Below are positions 8,058-24,800 of a stretch of 64,000 bases of DNA, in pieces (within the stretch, counting starts at the first letter, position 1; the number at the start of each line of letters is the position of its first letter). Source of the stretch: Anaeromyxobacteraceae bacterium. Lineage in GTDB: Bacteria > Myxococcota > Myxococcia > Myxococcales > Anaeromyxobacteraceae. The notes below the pieces were generated by a model. It had not been told where the DNA came from. It was given only the letters and a program-made list of their open reading frames with translations, and did no database searches. A program made the translations under genes and the position numbers. The stretch covers positions 128,001 through 192,000 of the forward strand of contig JAULAX010000007.1 in NCBI GenBank assembly GCA_032654565.1, in the 5' to 3' direction.

Positions 8058-9749
8058 CTACTTCTGCTCGAGCTTGCGCTTGAGCAGATCCCCGAGCGTT
8101 CCGAAGCCCTTGCCGCCGCCCACCGGCTTCGACGCCTCCATGTAGGCCCGGGCGTCGGCCCGCTCGGCGGCGTCGACGGCGCCGGTCTTGGAGAGCCGGA
8201 AGCGCCCCTGCTCGTCGATCTGGAGCACCAGCGCCGGGAAGGCGTCGCCCACCTTGAAGGCGCGCCGCAGGTCGGTGCCGTGCGGGGTGCCGCTCTCCGA
8301 GGCCGGGACCAGGCCGCGCCCGCCGGCGAACTTCACGAAGAGGCCGAAGGACTCGATCTTGTCGACAGCCGCCTCGACCACGTCGCCGGCCCGGGGGGGC
8401 GGCGGCGGCGCGGGACGGGCCGGCCGGTCCGGCCGCGGCTCGGCCGCCTTGGGCTCGGGGCGCGGGATCAGCGCCTTGACCGAGAGCGAGATGCGCTCGC
8501 CCTTCTTCTGGTCCTCGTCGATGCGCAGCACCGTGACGGTGACCTGGTCGCCGCTCTTGAGCAGGTCCTGCGGCTTGGAGACCCGGTCCCAGGCCAGCTC
8601 GGAGACGTGCACCAGCCCCTCGATGCCGCCCAGGTCGACGAAGGCGCCGTAGTCCTGGACGCTGGTGACGGTCCCCTCGAAGACGGCGCCGGCGGCGAGC
8701 CGCTGGCGGGTGGCCTGGGCCTTCTCGGCCCGCTCCTCCTCGAGCAGCGCCCGGCGCGACAGCACCACGTCGCGGTCGTCGGCCTTCTGCACGCGGAAGT
8801 GGAGCTTCTGGCCGATCAGGGTGGTGGCGTCGCCGACGAAGCGGACGTCGATCTGCGACATGGGGCAGAAGGCCCGCACCCCGTTGACCTCCACCTCGAT
8901 GCCCCCCTTGTTGACCGCCTTGACCATCCCCTCGACCGGCAGGCCGGTCTCGACGGCGCCAGAGAGCGCCTCGCGGGCGTGGTCGCGGGTGACCGAGCTG
9001 GCGCGGCCGATGGAGACCTGCACCCCCCGGTCGCCGCCCTTCACCACCACGGCGTCGAGGATGTCGCCGACCCGGGCGGTGACGTTCCCCCCGGCGTCGT
9101 GCAGCTCGACGGTCTCGATGAGCCCGTCGGCCAGGCCGCTGCCCAGGTCGAGGAAGGTGACCTCGTCCCCCACCTGGATGATCTTGCCGGCCACCTTCTC
9201 GCCGGCCTTGAAGCGGCGGCGGGCCGGGGAGCTGCCCCCGGTGGAGGCGAGCAGGTCGGCGAAGGAGCCCTCGTCCTCCACCTGGGCCTCGGGGACCGGC
9301 GGCGGCTCGCCGGCGGGGAGGTGCGCGGCCGGGGCGTCGGCGCTCATCGAGTCGTGCTGGCGCGGGCGGTCCCGGTCGCCGCGCGGGCGGTCGCCCCGCG
9401 GCCGGTCGCCGGACGGACGGCCGGCGGGCGGGCGGTCGCCGGGCGGGCGGCTGCCCCCCGGACGTGCGCCGGGCGGACGGTCGCCGGGCGGACGGTCGCC
9501 AGACGGGCGGCCGGAGGGCGGACGGCTCACCGGGGCGGCGCCGACCGGCGGGGCGGCCCCGGCCTCGGCGGCCCGCTTCTCGTCGGCCAGCCGCTGCCAG
9601 AGCGGGCGGTCGTCGCGGGGGGCCGGCGCGGCGGCGGACGGCTCGATCGACTCGACCACGGTCGGCTCGATGAGGGTCCCGGGAGGCGGCGGCTTCAGGT
9701 GCCCCTTGCGAATCACCACGGGGCCGGTGGGCTTCTTCTCGTCAGTCAT
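8058..9749 (-). CDS. Multi-S1-domain RNA-binding protein (RpsA-like) with a long disordered N-terminus (563 aa)
   Basis: About four S1 repeats (FEGTVTSVQDYGAFVDLGGIEGLVHVSEL, VRAFCPMSQID, VVLSRR) and C-terminal GFGTLGDLL. Start chosen at ATG9749 (MTDEKK); the longer track ORF is the antisense shadow of acnA. Confidence 0.85.
   Translation of the reverse strand: MTDEKKPTGPVVIRKGHLKPPPPGTLIEPTVVESIEPSAAAPAPRDDRPLWQRLADEKRAAEAGAAPPVGAAPVSRPPSGRPSGDRPPGDRPPGARPGGSRPPGDRPPAGRPSGDRPRGDRPRGDRDRPRQHDSMSADAPAAHLPAGEPPPVPEAQVEDEGSFADLLASTGGSSPARRRFKAGEKVAGKIIQVGDEVTFLDLGSGLADGLIETVELHDAGGNVTARVGDILDAVVVKGGDRGVQVSIGRASSVTRDHAREALSGAVETGLPVEGMVKAVNKGGIEVEVNGVRAFCPMSQIDVRFVGDATTLIGQKLHFRVQKADDRDVVLSRRALLEEERAEKAQATRQRLAAGAVFEGTVTSVQDYGAFVDLGGIEGLVHVSELAWDRVSKPQDLLKSGDQVTVTVLRIDEDQKKGERISLSVKALIPRPEPKAAEPRPDRPARPAPPPPPRAGDVVEAAVDKIESFGLFVKFAGGRGLVPASESGTPHGTDLRRAFKVGDAFPALVLQIDEQGRFRLSKTGAVDAAERADARAYMEASKPVGGGKGFGTLGDLLKRKLEQK
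9361..9527 (-). repeat. Degenerate 15-bp tandem repeat encoding RP(P/S/R)GD units
   Basis: Translation RPPSGRPSGDRPPGDRPPGARPGGSRPPGDRPPAGRPSGDRPRGDRPRGDRDRPR. Confidence 0.8.
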
Positions 9750-9851
9750 AGGGCGGGGGACGCATAGCACACGCGAATTGGCGGGGAAAACCGGTTCGAC
9801 CGGCCCGGCGGGCGAGGTGACGCCGCCGGGGGAGTCCGCTACAACGCCTCC

Positions 9852-10196
9852 ATGTCCGGCCGCACCGTGATCTTCCTCTCCAGCGCCGCCCCCCACGCCC
9901 TCCGCTCGGCCGGCTCCTGCGCGCTGGCGGCGGTGGCCGTGGAGCAGCGGGTCGACGTCTTCCTCACCGGCCCGGCGGTGGTGGCGGTGGTGGGGGCGCA
10001 CGACGGCGAGGCCGACGACCCGGCGGCGCTGCTCCAGCAGGCCCGGCGGGGTGGCGCCCGGCTCATCGCCTGCTCCGCCAGCGTGGTGGAGCAGAAGGTG
10101 GCGCTGGCCGAGGCCGAGGTGGCGCTCGACGCCGTGGTCGGCTGGCCGACCATCCTGGAGTGGTCGCGGGGCGTCGTCGAACGGTTCAGCTTCTAG
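9852..10196 (+). CDS. DsrE/DsrF-like family protein
   Basis: 114 aa with VDVFLTGPAV, ARLIACSASV and VVGWPTIL, a pattern typical of the DsrEFH-like fold. Confidence 0.7.
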   Translation: MSGRTVIFLSSAAPHALRSAGSCALAAVAVEQRVDVFLTGPAVVAVVGAHDGEADDPAALLQQARRGGARLIACSASVVEQKVALAEAEVALDAVVGWPTILEWSRGVVERFSF

Positions 10197-10197
10197 C

Positions 10198-10237
10198 CAG
10201 TCGCGTCGGGGCCGGCCTCTGGTGGCCCCGACGCAAG
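10198..10237 (-). repeat. 40-bp palindromic element, copy 1 (inverted relative to copies 2 and 3)
   Basis: Minus strand CTTGCGTCGGGGCC-ACCAGAGGCC-GGCCCCGACGCGACTG. 10201-10247 matches the reverse complement of 13106-13152 at 40/47. Confidence 0.85.
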
Positions 10238-10340
10238 CTTCGAGCAGGGCCTCCTGCCTCCCGGTCCCGGTGGCCCGACAACTCGGCGGCGCACCCGGCG
10301 GGGCCTCGCGCCGGACCGGCGGCGCCGTTAGGCTTGGTGG

Positions 10341-13067
<2,727 letters not shown>

Positions 13068-13115
13068 CGGAGAAGGCGCCCCGAGGCGTGGGCCGTCCGG
13101 AGAGGCTGCTCGAGG

Positions 13116-13155
13116 CTTGCGTCGGCGCCGCTAGAGTCTGGCGCCGACGCGATTG
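13116..13155 (+). repeat. 40-bp palindromic element, copy 2
   Basis: CTTGCGTCGGCGCC-GCTAGAGTCT-GGCGCCGACGCGATTG, 33/40 identical to copy 1. Contains the stop codon of the 13131-13451 gene. Confidence 0.85.
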
Positions 13156-13451
13156 AGGACGGCCAGCGTCGTCTGCAGCACCCCGATGAAGGCCAGCACC
13201 GAGGCGGCGGTGAGCGGCCCCTTGCCGCCGGCCCGCCACCAGAGGCCGAGCGCCGGCAGGGCGATGGCGACGCCCAGCCCGAGCGAGAGGGTGGGGCCGT
13301 GGACCGCCAGCCGCAACCAGCCGAGCGCCAGGGCCAACTCCACGGCGCCGGCCAGCAGGGCGATGCCGGCCAGCACCCGGGAGCCGGCGGCGAGGAAGAG
13401 GTAGGCGGCGGCGGCGACCGAGGAGAGGGCGAGGGCGGTGTGGAGCGGCAT
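13131..13451 (-). CDS. Small hydrophobic membrane protein, about 4 TM (106 aa), function unknown
   Basis: MPLHTALALSSVAAAAYLFLAAG...VLAFIGVLQTTLAVLNRVGARL with GC-rich third positions; fills the gap between acnA and ribF. Confidence 0.7.
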   Translation of the reverse strand: MPLHTALALSSVAAAAYLFLAAGSRVLAGIALLAGAVELALALGWLRLAVHGPTLSLGLGVAIALPALGLWWRAGGKGPLTAASVLAFIGVLQTTLAVLNRVGARL

Positions 13452-13503
13452 GGCGCCGTCATCGCACGGGAGGACTCCTCGACGGCAGGAAGTTTGGACC
13501 AAT

Positions 13504-13543
13504 CTTGCGCTGGCGCCACCAGAAGCCGGCGCCAGCACAATTG
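13504..13543 (+). repeat. 40-bp palindromic element, copy 3
   Basis: CTTGCGCTGGCGCC-ACCAGAAGCC-GGCGCCAGCACAATTG, 30/40 to copy 1, with six of the ten differences forming three compensatory pairs. Confidence 0.8.
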
Positions 13544-13593
13544 GGCACGACTGGTTTGACGCCACCCCGCCGGCGGGCCTATCTGTTCCGGCC

Positions 13594-14568
13594 ATGCGCC
13601 TGTTCCGTTCCATCGAGGAGGCCGCCGCCAGCGGGGCCCTGCGAGGCGGGGCCCTGGCCATCGGCAACTTCGACGGCGTCCACCTCGGCCACCGGGCGCT
13701 GCTGGCCCGGGCCCTGGAGCTGGCCGGCGGGCGTGGCGCCGCGGCCGGGGCGCTCACCTTCGAGCCCCACCCGGTCCGGGTGCTCCGCCCCACCCTGGCC
13801 CCGCCGCTGCTCACCCCGCTGCCGCGCAAGCTGGAGCTGCTGGCCGCGGCCGGCGTCGAGGTGGCGGTGGTGCAGCCCTTCGACCTGGCCTGGGCGGCCA
13901 CCCCGGCCGCCGACTTCGTGGCCCGCGACCTGCGCCCGCTGGGCGCCGCCGACGTGGTGGTGGGCTGGGACTTCACCGCGGGTCACGAGCGGGCCCGGGT
14001 CGAGGCGCTGCGGCCGCTGCTGGCCGCCGCCGGCCTGGCCCTGCGGGTGGTCGAGCCGGTGACCGAGGGCGGCCTCACCGTCTCCTCCACCAAGATCCGC
14101 GAGTTCCTGCTGGAGGGGAACGTCGAGGGGGCGGCGTTGCTGCTGGCCCGCCCCTACGACCTGGACGGCGAGGTGGTGCGGGGGGCGGGGCGGGGGCGGG
14201 GGTTCGGCTTCGCCACCGCCAACGTCGCCACCGCGGCCATGCTGCCGGCCCTCGGGGTCTACGCGGTGCGGGTGCTGGTCGGGGGCGGGAGCGCCGGCGG
14301 CGCCGGGGCGGCGGCCCACGACGGGGTCGCCAACGTCGGGGTCAAACCCACCGTCGACGCCTCCGGCCGGGTCAGCGCCGAGGTCCACCTCTTCGACTTC
14401 GACGGGCGCGACCTCTACGGCGAGGCCATCCGCCTGTCCTTCCTGGGGCGGCTGCGGGAGGAGCGGCGCTTCCCCTCGGTGGAGGCGCTGCGGAGCCAGA
14501 TCGCCGCCGACGTGGAGCGGGCCCGGGCGCTGCTCGGGACCGGCGCCGGAGGGGCGGGAGGGCGCTAG
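13594..14568 (+). CDS. ribF: Bifunctional riboflavin kinase / FAD synthetase
   Basis: Motifs IGNFDGVHLGH, TFEPHP, VSSTKIR, GRGFGFATAN, GVYAV, NVGVKPT and EVHLFDF. Start ATG13594. Confidence 0.96.
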   Translation: MRLFRSIEEAAASGALRGGALAIGNFDGVHLGHRALLARALELAGGRGAAAGALTFEPHPVRVLRPTLAPPLLTPLPRKLELLAAAGVEVAVVQPFDLAWAATPAADFVARDLRPLGAADVVVGWDFTAGHERARVEALRPLLAAAGLALRVVEPVTEGGLTVSSTKIREFLLEGNVEGAALLLARPYDLDGEVVRGAGRGRGFGFATANVATAAMLPALGVYAVRVLVGGGSAGGAGAAAHDGVANVGVKPTVDASGRVSAEVHLFDFDGRDLYGEAIRLSFLGRLREERRFPSVEALRSQIAADVERARALLGTGAGGAGGR

Positions 14569-14635
14569 CGCGCCCGGGCCGACGCTGCTAACGTTTGCGC
14601 CCTCTCCACCTCAACGGCAGCGGGGAACTCGACAC

Positions 14636-16342
<1,707 letters not shown>

Positions 16343-16359
16343 GACGCACCGGAGACCTC

Positions 16360-17469
<1,110 letters not shown>

Positions 17470-17480
17470 CGGCCGGGGAT

Positions 17481-17509
17481 TCGACCCGGGGGCGGCGCCG
17501 CGTTAACAT
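17481..17509 (+). promoter_or_regulatory. Candidate sigma70-type internal promoter for pilC
   Basis: TCGACC-N17-TAACAT upstream of pilC ATG17537; motif match only. Confidence 0.35.
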
Positions 17510-17536
17510 CCGCAGCCGCGAACCAACGAGGCGTAC

Positions 17537-18796
17537 ATGGCCCAGGCCGCAGCCGTCACACAGAAGACCAAGGTCGCCAAGCCGGTGCAGAAGACGCCGG
17601 TCTGGAAGTGGACCGGCAAGAGCAAGCAGGGAGAGGTCCGCTCCGGCGAGATCGAGGCCCAGGACGCCGCCGCCGTCGAGGCCCGCCTGCGCCAGATGGG
17701 CATCGAGCCCACCAAGGTGAAGAAGAAGGCGCGGGAGCTGCGCCTCCCCAGCTTCGGCGGCGGAGTCGGCACCAAGGACCTGCTGGTCTTCACCCGCCAG
17801 TTCTCGGTGATGATCGACGCCGGCCTGCCGCTGGTCCAGGCGCTCGACATCATCGGCACCCAGAACGACAACGCCAAGTTCCGCAGCGTGCTGCTGCAGG
17901 TGAAGTCCAAGGTGGAGTCCGGCTCCACGTTCGCCGACGCCCTGGGCGAGCACCCCAAGGTCTTCGACGTCCTCTTCGTGCAGCTGGTCCGCGCCGGCGA
18001 GATCGGCGGCATCCTCGACACCATCCTGCAGCGGCTGGGCGCCTACATCGAGAAGAACGACAAGCTGGCCCGGCGGGTCAGGGGCGCCATGGTCTACCCG
18101 GCCATCGTGCTCACCGTGGCGGTGGGCGTGGTGCTGGTCCTCATCGCCTTCGTCGTCCCCACCTTCGAGAAGATGTTCAAGGACATGGGCGGCTCGCTCC
18201 CGGCGCCCACCCAGTTCCTCATCGACCTCTCCTTCGCCTTCCGGCGCTACTGGTACCTGATCGTCGGCATCCCCGTCGGGATCGGCGTGGCCTTCAAGAT
18301 CTGGACCGCCAAGGGCCGGGGGCAGGAGCTCTGGCACGCCTTCGTGCTCAAGACGCCCATGTTCGGCCCGCTCATCCGCAAGGTGGCGGTGGCCCGCTTC
18401 ACCCGGACGCTGGGCACCATGCTGTCCTCCGGCGTCCCCATCCTCGACGCCCTGGAGATCGTGGCCCGCTCGGCCGGAAACCGGACCATCGAGGACGCCA
18501 TCCTCCACGTCCGCATCAAGATCTCCGAGGGCAAGAACATCGCCGGCCCGCTGGCCGAGACCAACGTCTTCCCTCCCATGGTGGTGCAGATGATCGGCGT
18601 CGGCGAGGCCACCGGCGCCATGGACCAGATGCTCGCCAAGGTGGCCGACTTCTACGACGACGAGGTGGACGTGGCGGTCGGCGCCCTCACCTCGGCCATC
18701 GAGCCGCTGATGATGGTCTTCCTCGGCGGCACCGTCGGCTACTTCATGATCGCCATGTACCTGCCCATCTTCACCATGGCGAGCACGGTCAAGTAG
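17537..18796 (+). CDS. pilC: Type IV pilus inner-membrane platform PilC (T2SS F family)
   Basis: FTRQFSVMIDAGLPL, AGEIGGILD, YPAIV, RFTRTLGTMLSSGVPIL, GEATG and AMYLPIF. Confidence 0.96.
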   Translation: MAQAAAVTQKTKVAKPVQKTPVWKWTGKSKQGEVRSGEIEAQDAAAVEARLRQMGIEPTKVKKKARELRLPSFGGGVGTKDLLVFTRQFSVMIDAGLPLVQALDIIGTQNDNAKFRSVLLQVKSKVESGSTFADALGEHPKVFDVLFVQLVRAGEIGGILDTILQRLGAYIEKNDKLARRVRGAMVYPAIVLTVAVGVVLVLIAFVVPTFEKMFKDMGGSLPAPTQFLIDLSFAFRRYWYLIVGIPVGIGVAFKIWTAKGRGQELWHAFVLKTPMFGPLIRKVAVARFTRTLGTMLSSGVPILDALEIVARSAGNRTIEDAILHVRIKISEGKNIAGPLAETNVFPPMVVQMIGVGEATGAMDQMLAKVADFYDDEVDVAVGALTSAIEPLMMVFLGGTVGYFMIAMYLPIFTMASTVK

Positions 18797-18802
18797 CGAC
18801 GC

Positions 18803-20422
18803 ATGGTGTCCCCAGCCGACGCGGCGCTGGGCGAGGCGGCCGCCGACGGCGCCCTCCACAAGAAGCTGGTCTGGCTCACCTTCTTCCGCATCGTCTCGGT
18901 GACGGTGCTGCTGGGCGGCACGGCGCTGGCCAGCTGGCGCGCCTCCGACGCCGACCTCTTCAACAGAGCCCTCTACGGCCTGGTGGTTGGCACCTACCTG
19001 GCGTCGCTGGTCTCGGCCTGGTGGCTCCGGCAGGGCCGGGCCCTGGTGCCGCTGGCCTACGCCCAGCTGGCCCTCGACGTGGCCACCGCCACCGCGGTGG
19101 TGGCCTTCACCGGGTGGGCCGAGAGCGTCTTCGTCTTCATGTACTCGCTCGGCATCGTCAACGGCGCCATCCTGCTCTTCCGGCGCGGGGCCATGACCGG
19201 GCTGGGGCTGGCGCTGCTGGCCTACTTCGGCCTGGAGGCGGTGGTGGCGCCGCGGCTGGGGGCGCTCCCCTGGACGCTGCTCTTCGTCCACGCCGGCGCC
19301 TTCGCCGCCACCGCGGTGCTGGCCGGCTACCTGGCCGAGCAGCTGCGCCGCTCCGACGAGAAGCTGGCCGAGCGCGAGAGCGAGCTGGCCACCATCACCG
19401 CCCTGCACGAGTCGATCGTCCAGTCGGTCAACTCCGGGCTCCTCACCATCGACTCCAGGGGACGGGTCACCTTCCTCAACCGGGCCGGCGAGCAGATGCT
19501 CGGCCACTCCCTCGGCGAGCTGACCGGTCGCCACGCCGAGCGCTTCCTCGGGGCCTTCCGCATCGACACCGCCCGCGGCGAGACCGACCTGGGGCGCGCC
19601 GACGGCAGCCGGGTCCGGCTGGGGTACTCCTCCTTCCCGCTGCTGGGGCGGGGCCGGGCGCCGCTGGGCACCGCGGTGATCTTCCAGGACCTGACCCAGC
19701 TGCGCTCCATGGAGGAGCGGGTGGCGCGCTCCGAGCGGCTCGCCGACCTCGGGCAGCTGGCGGCTGGCCTGGCCCACGAGCTGCGCAACCCGCTGGCCTC
19801 GATGATGGGCTCGGTGGAGCTGCTGCGGAGCGCGCCGCTGCCCAGCGACGACCGACGCCTCCTCGACATCGTGCTGCGCGAGGCGGGGCGCCTCGAGCAC
19901 CTGGTGACCGAGTTCCTCGCCTTCGCCCGCCCGGCGCCACCCCGCCGGGAGCCCTTCGACCTGGCCGGGCTCGCCTCCGAGGCGCTGGAGGCCTTCGAGT
20001 ACGACCCGGCCTCCGCCGGGGTGGAGCTGCGGCGGGAGCTGCAGCCGTCGCCGGCGGTCGGCGATCCCGACCAGCTCCGCCAGGTGCTCTGGAACCTGCT
20101 GCTCAACGCCGCCCAGGCGCTGCCCGCCGCGGCCATCCGCGGCCATCCGCGCGGCTGGGTGCGGGTGGCCTGCGCCCCGGTGCCGGGCGGGGGGGCCGAG
20201 CTGATCGTGGAGGACAACGGCCCGGGCGTCCCGGCGGCCGACCAGGCCCAGGTCTTCACCCCCTTCTTCACCACCAAGCCAGAGGGGACCGGCCTGGGGC
20301 TGGCCACGGTGCACCGGATCGTCGACGCCCACGGCGGTGCCCTGACGCTCGACTCGGCCCCGGGGGAGGGGGCGCGCTTCTCGGTCCGCCTGCCGGCGCC
20401 GCCCGGGGGCGCTCCGGGGTAG
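18803..20422 (+). CDS. pilS: Sensor histidine kinase PilS
   Basis: Multi-TM N-terminus, PAS-like segment, AHELRNPL, QVLWNLLLNA, DNGPG and FFTTKPEGTGLGL; located between pilC and pilR. Confidence 0.88.
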   Translation: MVSPADAALGEAAADGALHKKLVWLTFFRIVSVTVLLGGTALASWRASDADLFNRALYGLVVGTYLASLVSAWWLRQGRALVPLAYAQLALDVATATAVVAFTGWAESVFVFMYSLGIVNGAILLFRRGAMTGLGLALLAYFGLEAVVAPRLGALPWTLLFVHAGAFAATAVLAGYLAEQLRRSDEKLAERESELATITALHESIVQSVNSGLLTIDSRGRVTFLNRAGEQMLGHSLGELTGRHAERFLGAFRIDTARGETDLGRADGSRVRLGYSSFPLLGRGRAPLGTAVIFQDLTQLRSMEERVARSERLADLGQLAAGLAHELRNPLASMMGSVELLRSAPLPSDDRRLLDIVLREAGRLEHLVTEFLAFARPAPPRREPFDLAGLASEALEAFEYDPASAGVELRRELQPSPAVGDPDQLRQVLWNLLLNAAQALPAAAIRGHPRGWVRVACAPVPGGGAELIVEDNGPGVPAADQAQVFTPFFTTKPEGTGLGLATVHRIVDAHGGALTLDSAPGEGARFSVRLPAPPGGAPG

Positions 20423-20433
20423 GATCGGCCGGC

Positions 20434-21804
<1,371 letters not shown>

Positions 21805-21805
21805 G

Positions 21806-21832
21806 GGCGCCGCTCGCCTGGTGAGTGGCGCC
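21806..21832. terminator. Hairpin between convergent pilR and pilY1
   Basis: GGCGCCGCTCGC-CTG-GTGAGTGGCGCC, a 12-bp stem with two G-U pairs and no U tract. Confidence 0.4.
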
Positions 21833-21855
21833 AGAGGCCTCCCCCGCCGTCCCGG

Positions 21856-24800
21856 TCACTGGCAGGTGGTCGGATCGACGTGCCGGCAGCTGTGGACCTC
21901 GCGCGGCACCTCCAGCCAGTAGAGCGGCTCGGAGATGCTGCTCCTCGTCCCCAGCCCCTGCTTCTCGGCCGGCGTGCCGGTCTCGATCTTCAGGGTCGAG
22001 TAGCTCACCTGCCCCTTCTCGTTCACCACCACCCGGATGGAGCCGGACTGCGGCGGGGCGTAGGCGTTCTTCTGGGCGCCGAAGAAGACGGCGGAGCGGC
22101 CGGCCACCGTCCCGTCGATGCCGCAGTACTGGCGGGGCACGCCGGACCGCACGTCGGCCCTATAGCGAATCGAGGTGGGCGTGCCGGAGCTGGCGGTGCA
22201 GGGGTCGGTGCCGCCGGCGGCGCCGGTGGGCCGGAAGCCCGACCACTCGGTGCAGCCGCGGAAGACCGTGGGCGCCGAGCCCGACTTCTCGTCGGTCCAG
22301 GTGGGCGTGGTGCAGCTGGCCAGCGGGCACCACTTGCCGTAGCTGTACATCCAGCCGTTGTCGGTGTCCTCGGCCCAGCACTTGGTGCTGCCGTCGCGGC
22401 AGGTGGTCTGCAGCCCCATGCCGGTGCCGCTGTCCTGGACCTGGGCCGACGAGGTCTCCACCAGCTGGCAGGTGCGGGTGGCGCCGCCGCAGCCGGTGAA
22501 GGGGACGTCGGTGGAGCGGTTCTTCTCGAAGGCCAGGGCGCTGGCGGCGTCGCTGAAGAGCTTCCAGGTCTCCTTGCCGTAGGCCCAGATGGAGTAGGCG
22601 CGGTTCTGGTTGAGGGGCTGGCCGAGGGCGGCGGTGGAGAAGGCGCTGGGGGAGAACGGGGCGTTGGTGGTGCAGACGCCGTCCGATCCGCAGCTCACCT
22701 TGGCGGTGATGGGCGGCGGCGACCCGGCGGCGCCGCAGCTGAAGGTGAGCGTCACCTGCTGGTTGGTGGCGCCGCAGCTGAAGCCGGCGGCGCAGCCGGT
22801 GGTGGCGGCCGGGGTGTAGGTGAGCGCGCCGGCAGCGCACTGGAAGGTGCCGCCCTGGGTGCAGGAGCCGGCGCCGTAGGTGGAGGAGGCCACCGCGCTG
22901 GCCACAGAGCAGCCCGAGGCGCAGCAGCCGAGCAGGTTGTCGGGCCCGCAGTTGCTGGAGGTCTGCATCAGCTGCTCCTGGTTGCCGCCGCCCACCATGG
23001 TCATGAGCTTGCTGGCACCGGAGAGGAAGTTGGAGGTCATGAAGAAGAACTGCCCGCGGTTGGCGGCGGCGTGGGTGTCGTCGGCCTTGCGGTTGGGCTC
23101 GAAGGTGCGGGCCGCGGTCCAGTTGGTGACCAGGCCGGTGCCCGGGTCCACGGTGCCGGGCTCGTAGAGCCGGGCCACGAAGAGGTTGCCGCCGATGTCA
23201 CCCCAGGTGAGGGTGTCGAAGTAGCCGTCGGTGTCGGGCAGGCCGGAGGCCTGGTCGGCCTTGCCGATGTCCATGCCGCCGATGGTGGCGGCCACCGGCA
23301 GCATGCTGGCCTTGAGGTCGCCGCGCATGGCCTTGAAGGAGGCGTCGGTCCAGCGCCAGAGCACCTGCCCGGTCATGACGTCGACCAGCCAGACCACCCG
23401 GCCGCGCACCAGGGTCGGGTCGTAGCCGCCGTTGAGCGCCACCACCCAGCGCTCCTCGAAGCCGCGGTTGAGCGGGTCCTTGCCGCTGCCCGAGGGCAGC
23501 TTGAGGCGGACCGGCAGGATGGGCGGGGGCCGGGGCGGGAACAGGCTCCAGGTCTGGCCGGCCAGCTTGGAGTCCTCGGTGCAGGACTGCGGGAAGGTCC
23601 AGAGGAACCTGGGGTTGGCGCGGTCGGTGACGTCGAGGGCGGTGAAGTGGGTGCCGCCGCCGCGCTCGGTGATGACGGCGATGGTCCGGAACTCCTCCTT
23701 CTGCTTGGTGCCGTCGCCGTTGCTGTCGTACCAGACGTCGCGGAGCATGGTGTTGCCGTCGACGAAGTAGCGGTGCTGGCTCAGCCCCTCCTTCAGGTTC
23801 GGCAGCATCTCCGGGGGGATGAAGGCCCAGAGCTCGGTCCCGTAGCCGGGGGTGAGCGGGTACTGTCCCTCGCTGTTGGCAGCCTTGGAGGTGTCGGGCA
23901 CGCCGGCGTCGAAGGCGTGGAGCATGCCGTCGTTGGCCCCCACCATCACCAGCTGCTGGATGTTGAGCTTCTCCTTGCGGTGCTGGTCGTAGGCGTCGAG
24001 GGCGCCGTACTTCTCCAGCGGGGTTGGCGTCGAGGCCGAGGTGCCCAGCGCCGAGAAGAGCGTCAGCAGGCACTGGTTGTTGATGCCGATGTTGCAGACG
24101 AACTTGTCGGCCGGGGCCTTCACCACCACCGGGGCGCTGTGGAAGATGTCGCCCAGCTTCCAGAACTCCTGGGCGTTGACGGCGCGCGAGTCGTTGACCC
24201 GGTCGCGCTGCTCGCCGCCGGCGCACCCCTGGGTCATGCACTTCTTGGTGGTGGTGTTGCACTTGGCGGCGCCGCCGCAGTTGGCGTCGCTGGTGCAGGT
24301 CCCCCAGCCGCCGGTGTTGTAGTAGTTGCCGGGGCCGGCGCAGTGGTCGCTGTCCCAGTCCATCACGTCCCAGCCTCGGTAGAAGTTGATGACCTGCTCG
24401 GCGCACTTGGTGCGCACGTTGGCCACGCTGTTGGGGCAGGCCGGCAGCGGCGCGAGGCCGCAGACGCCGATGGTGTTGAGCCAGCTGTTGCACCAGGGGA
24501 CCGCCGCCGGGGTGCCGCTGCTGGGCAGGGCGGTGGCCACGGTCTGGGCCATGGCGGGCAGGTTCATGAGCGGGGCCAGGGCGGCGGCGTTGGCGGCGGT
24601 GAACTCCACCAGGCCGTCGGCGGCGGTGAACTTGCCGTCGGCGTTGACGTCGATGACCGTCTGGATGGTCCGCTTGTTGGTGGCGTTCTCGTCGGCCGAC
24701 CGGTAGCCGGTCTCGGTCGGGTCGGAGAGCACCTTGCCGGCGTCCCAGAAGAGGACGGCGTCGTCAGGGGTGCTGATGAGCTGGTGGGTGGTGGCGTCGA

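Noticed and set aside
21813..21821. 9-bp inverted match (CTCGCCTGG versus CCAGGCGAG at 35962-35970) at the ends of the opposite-strand pilA block
   Set aside because: Too short and GC-rich to exceed chance, and there is no invertase in the window.
23317..23325. RGD tripeptide in PilY1
   Set aside because: Expected by chance in a 1670-aa protein from a GC-rich genome; no evidence for integrin binding.
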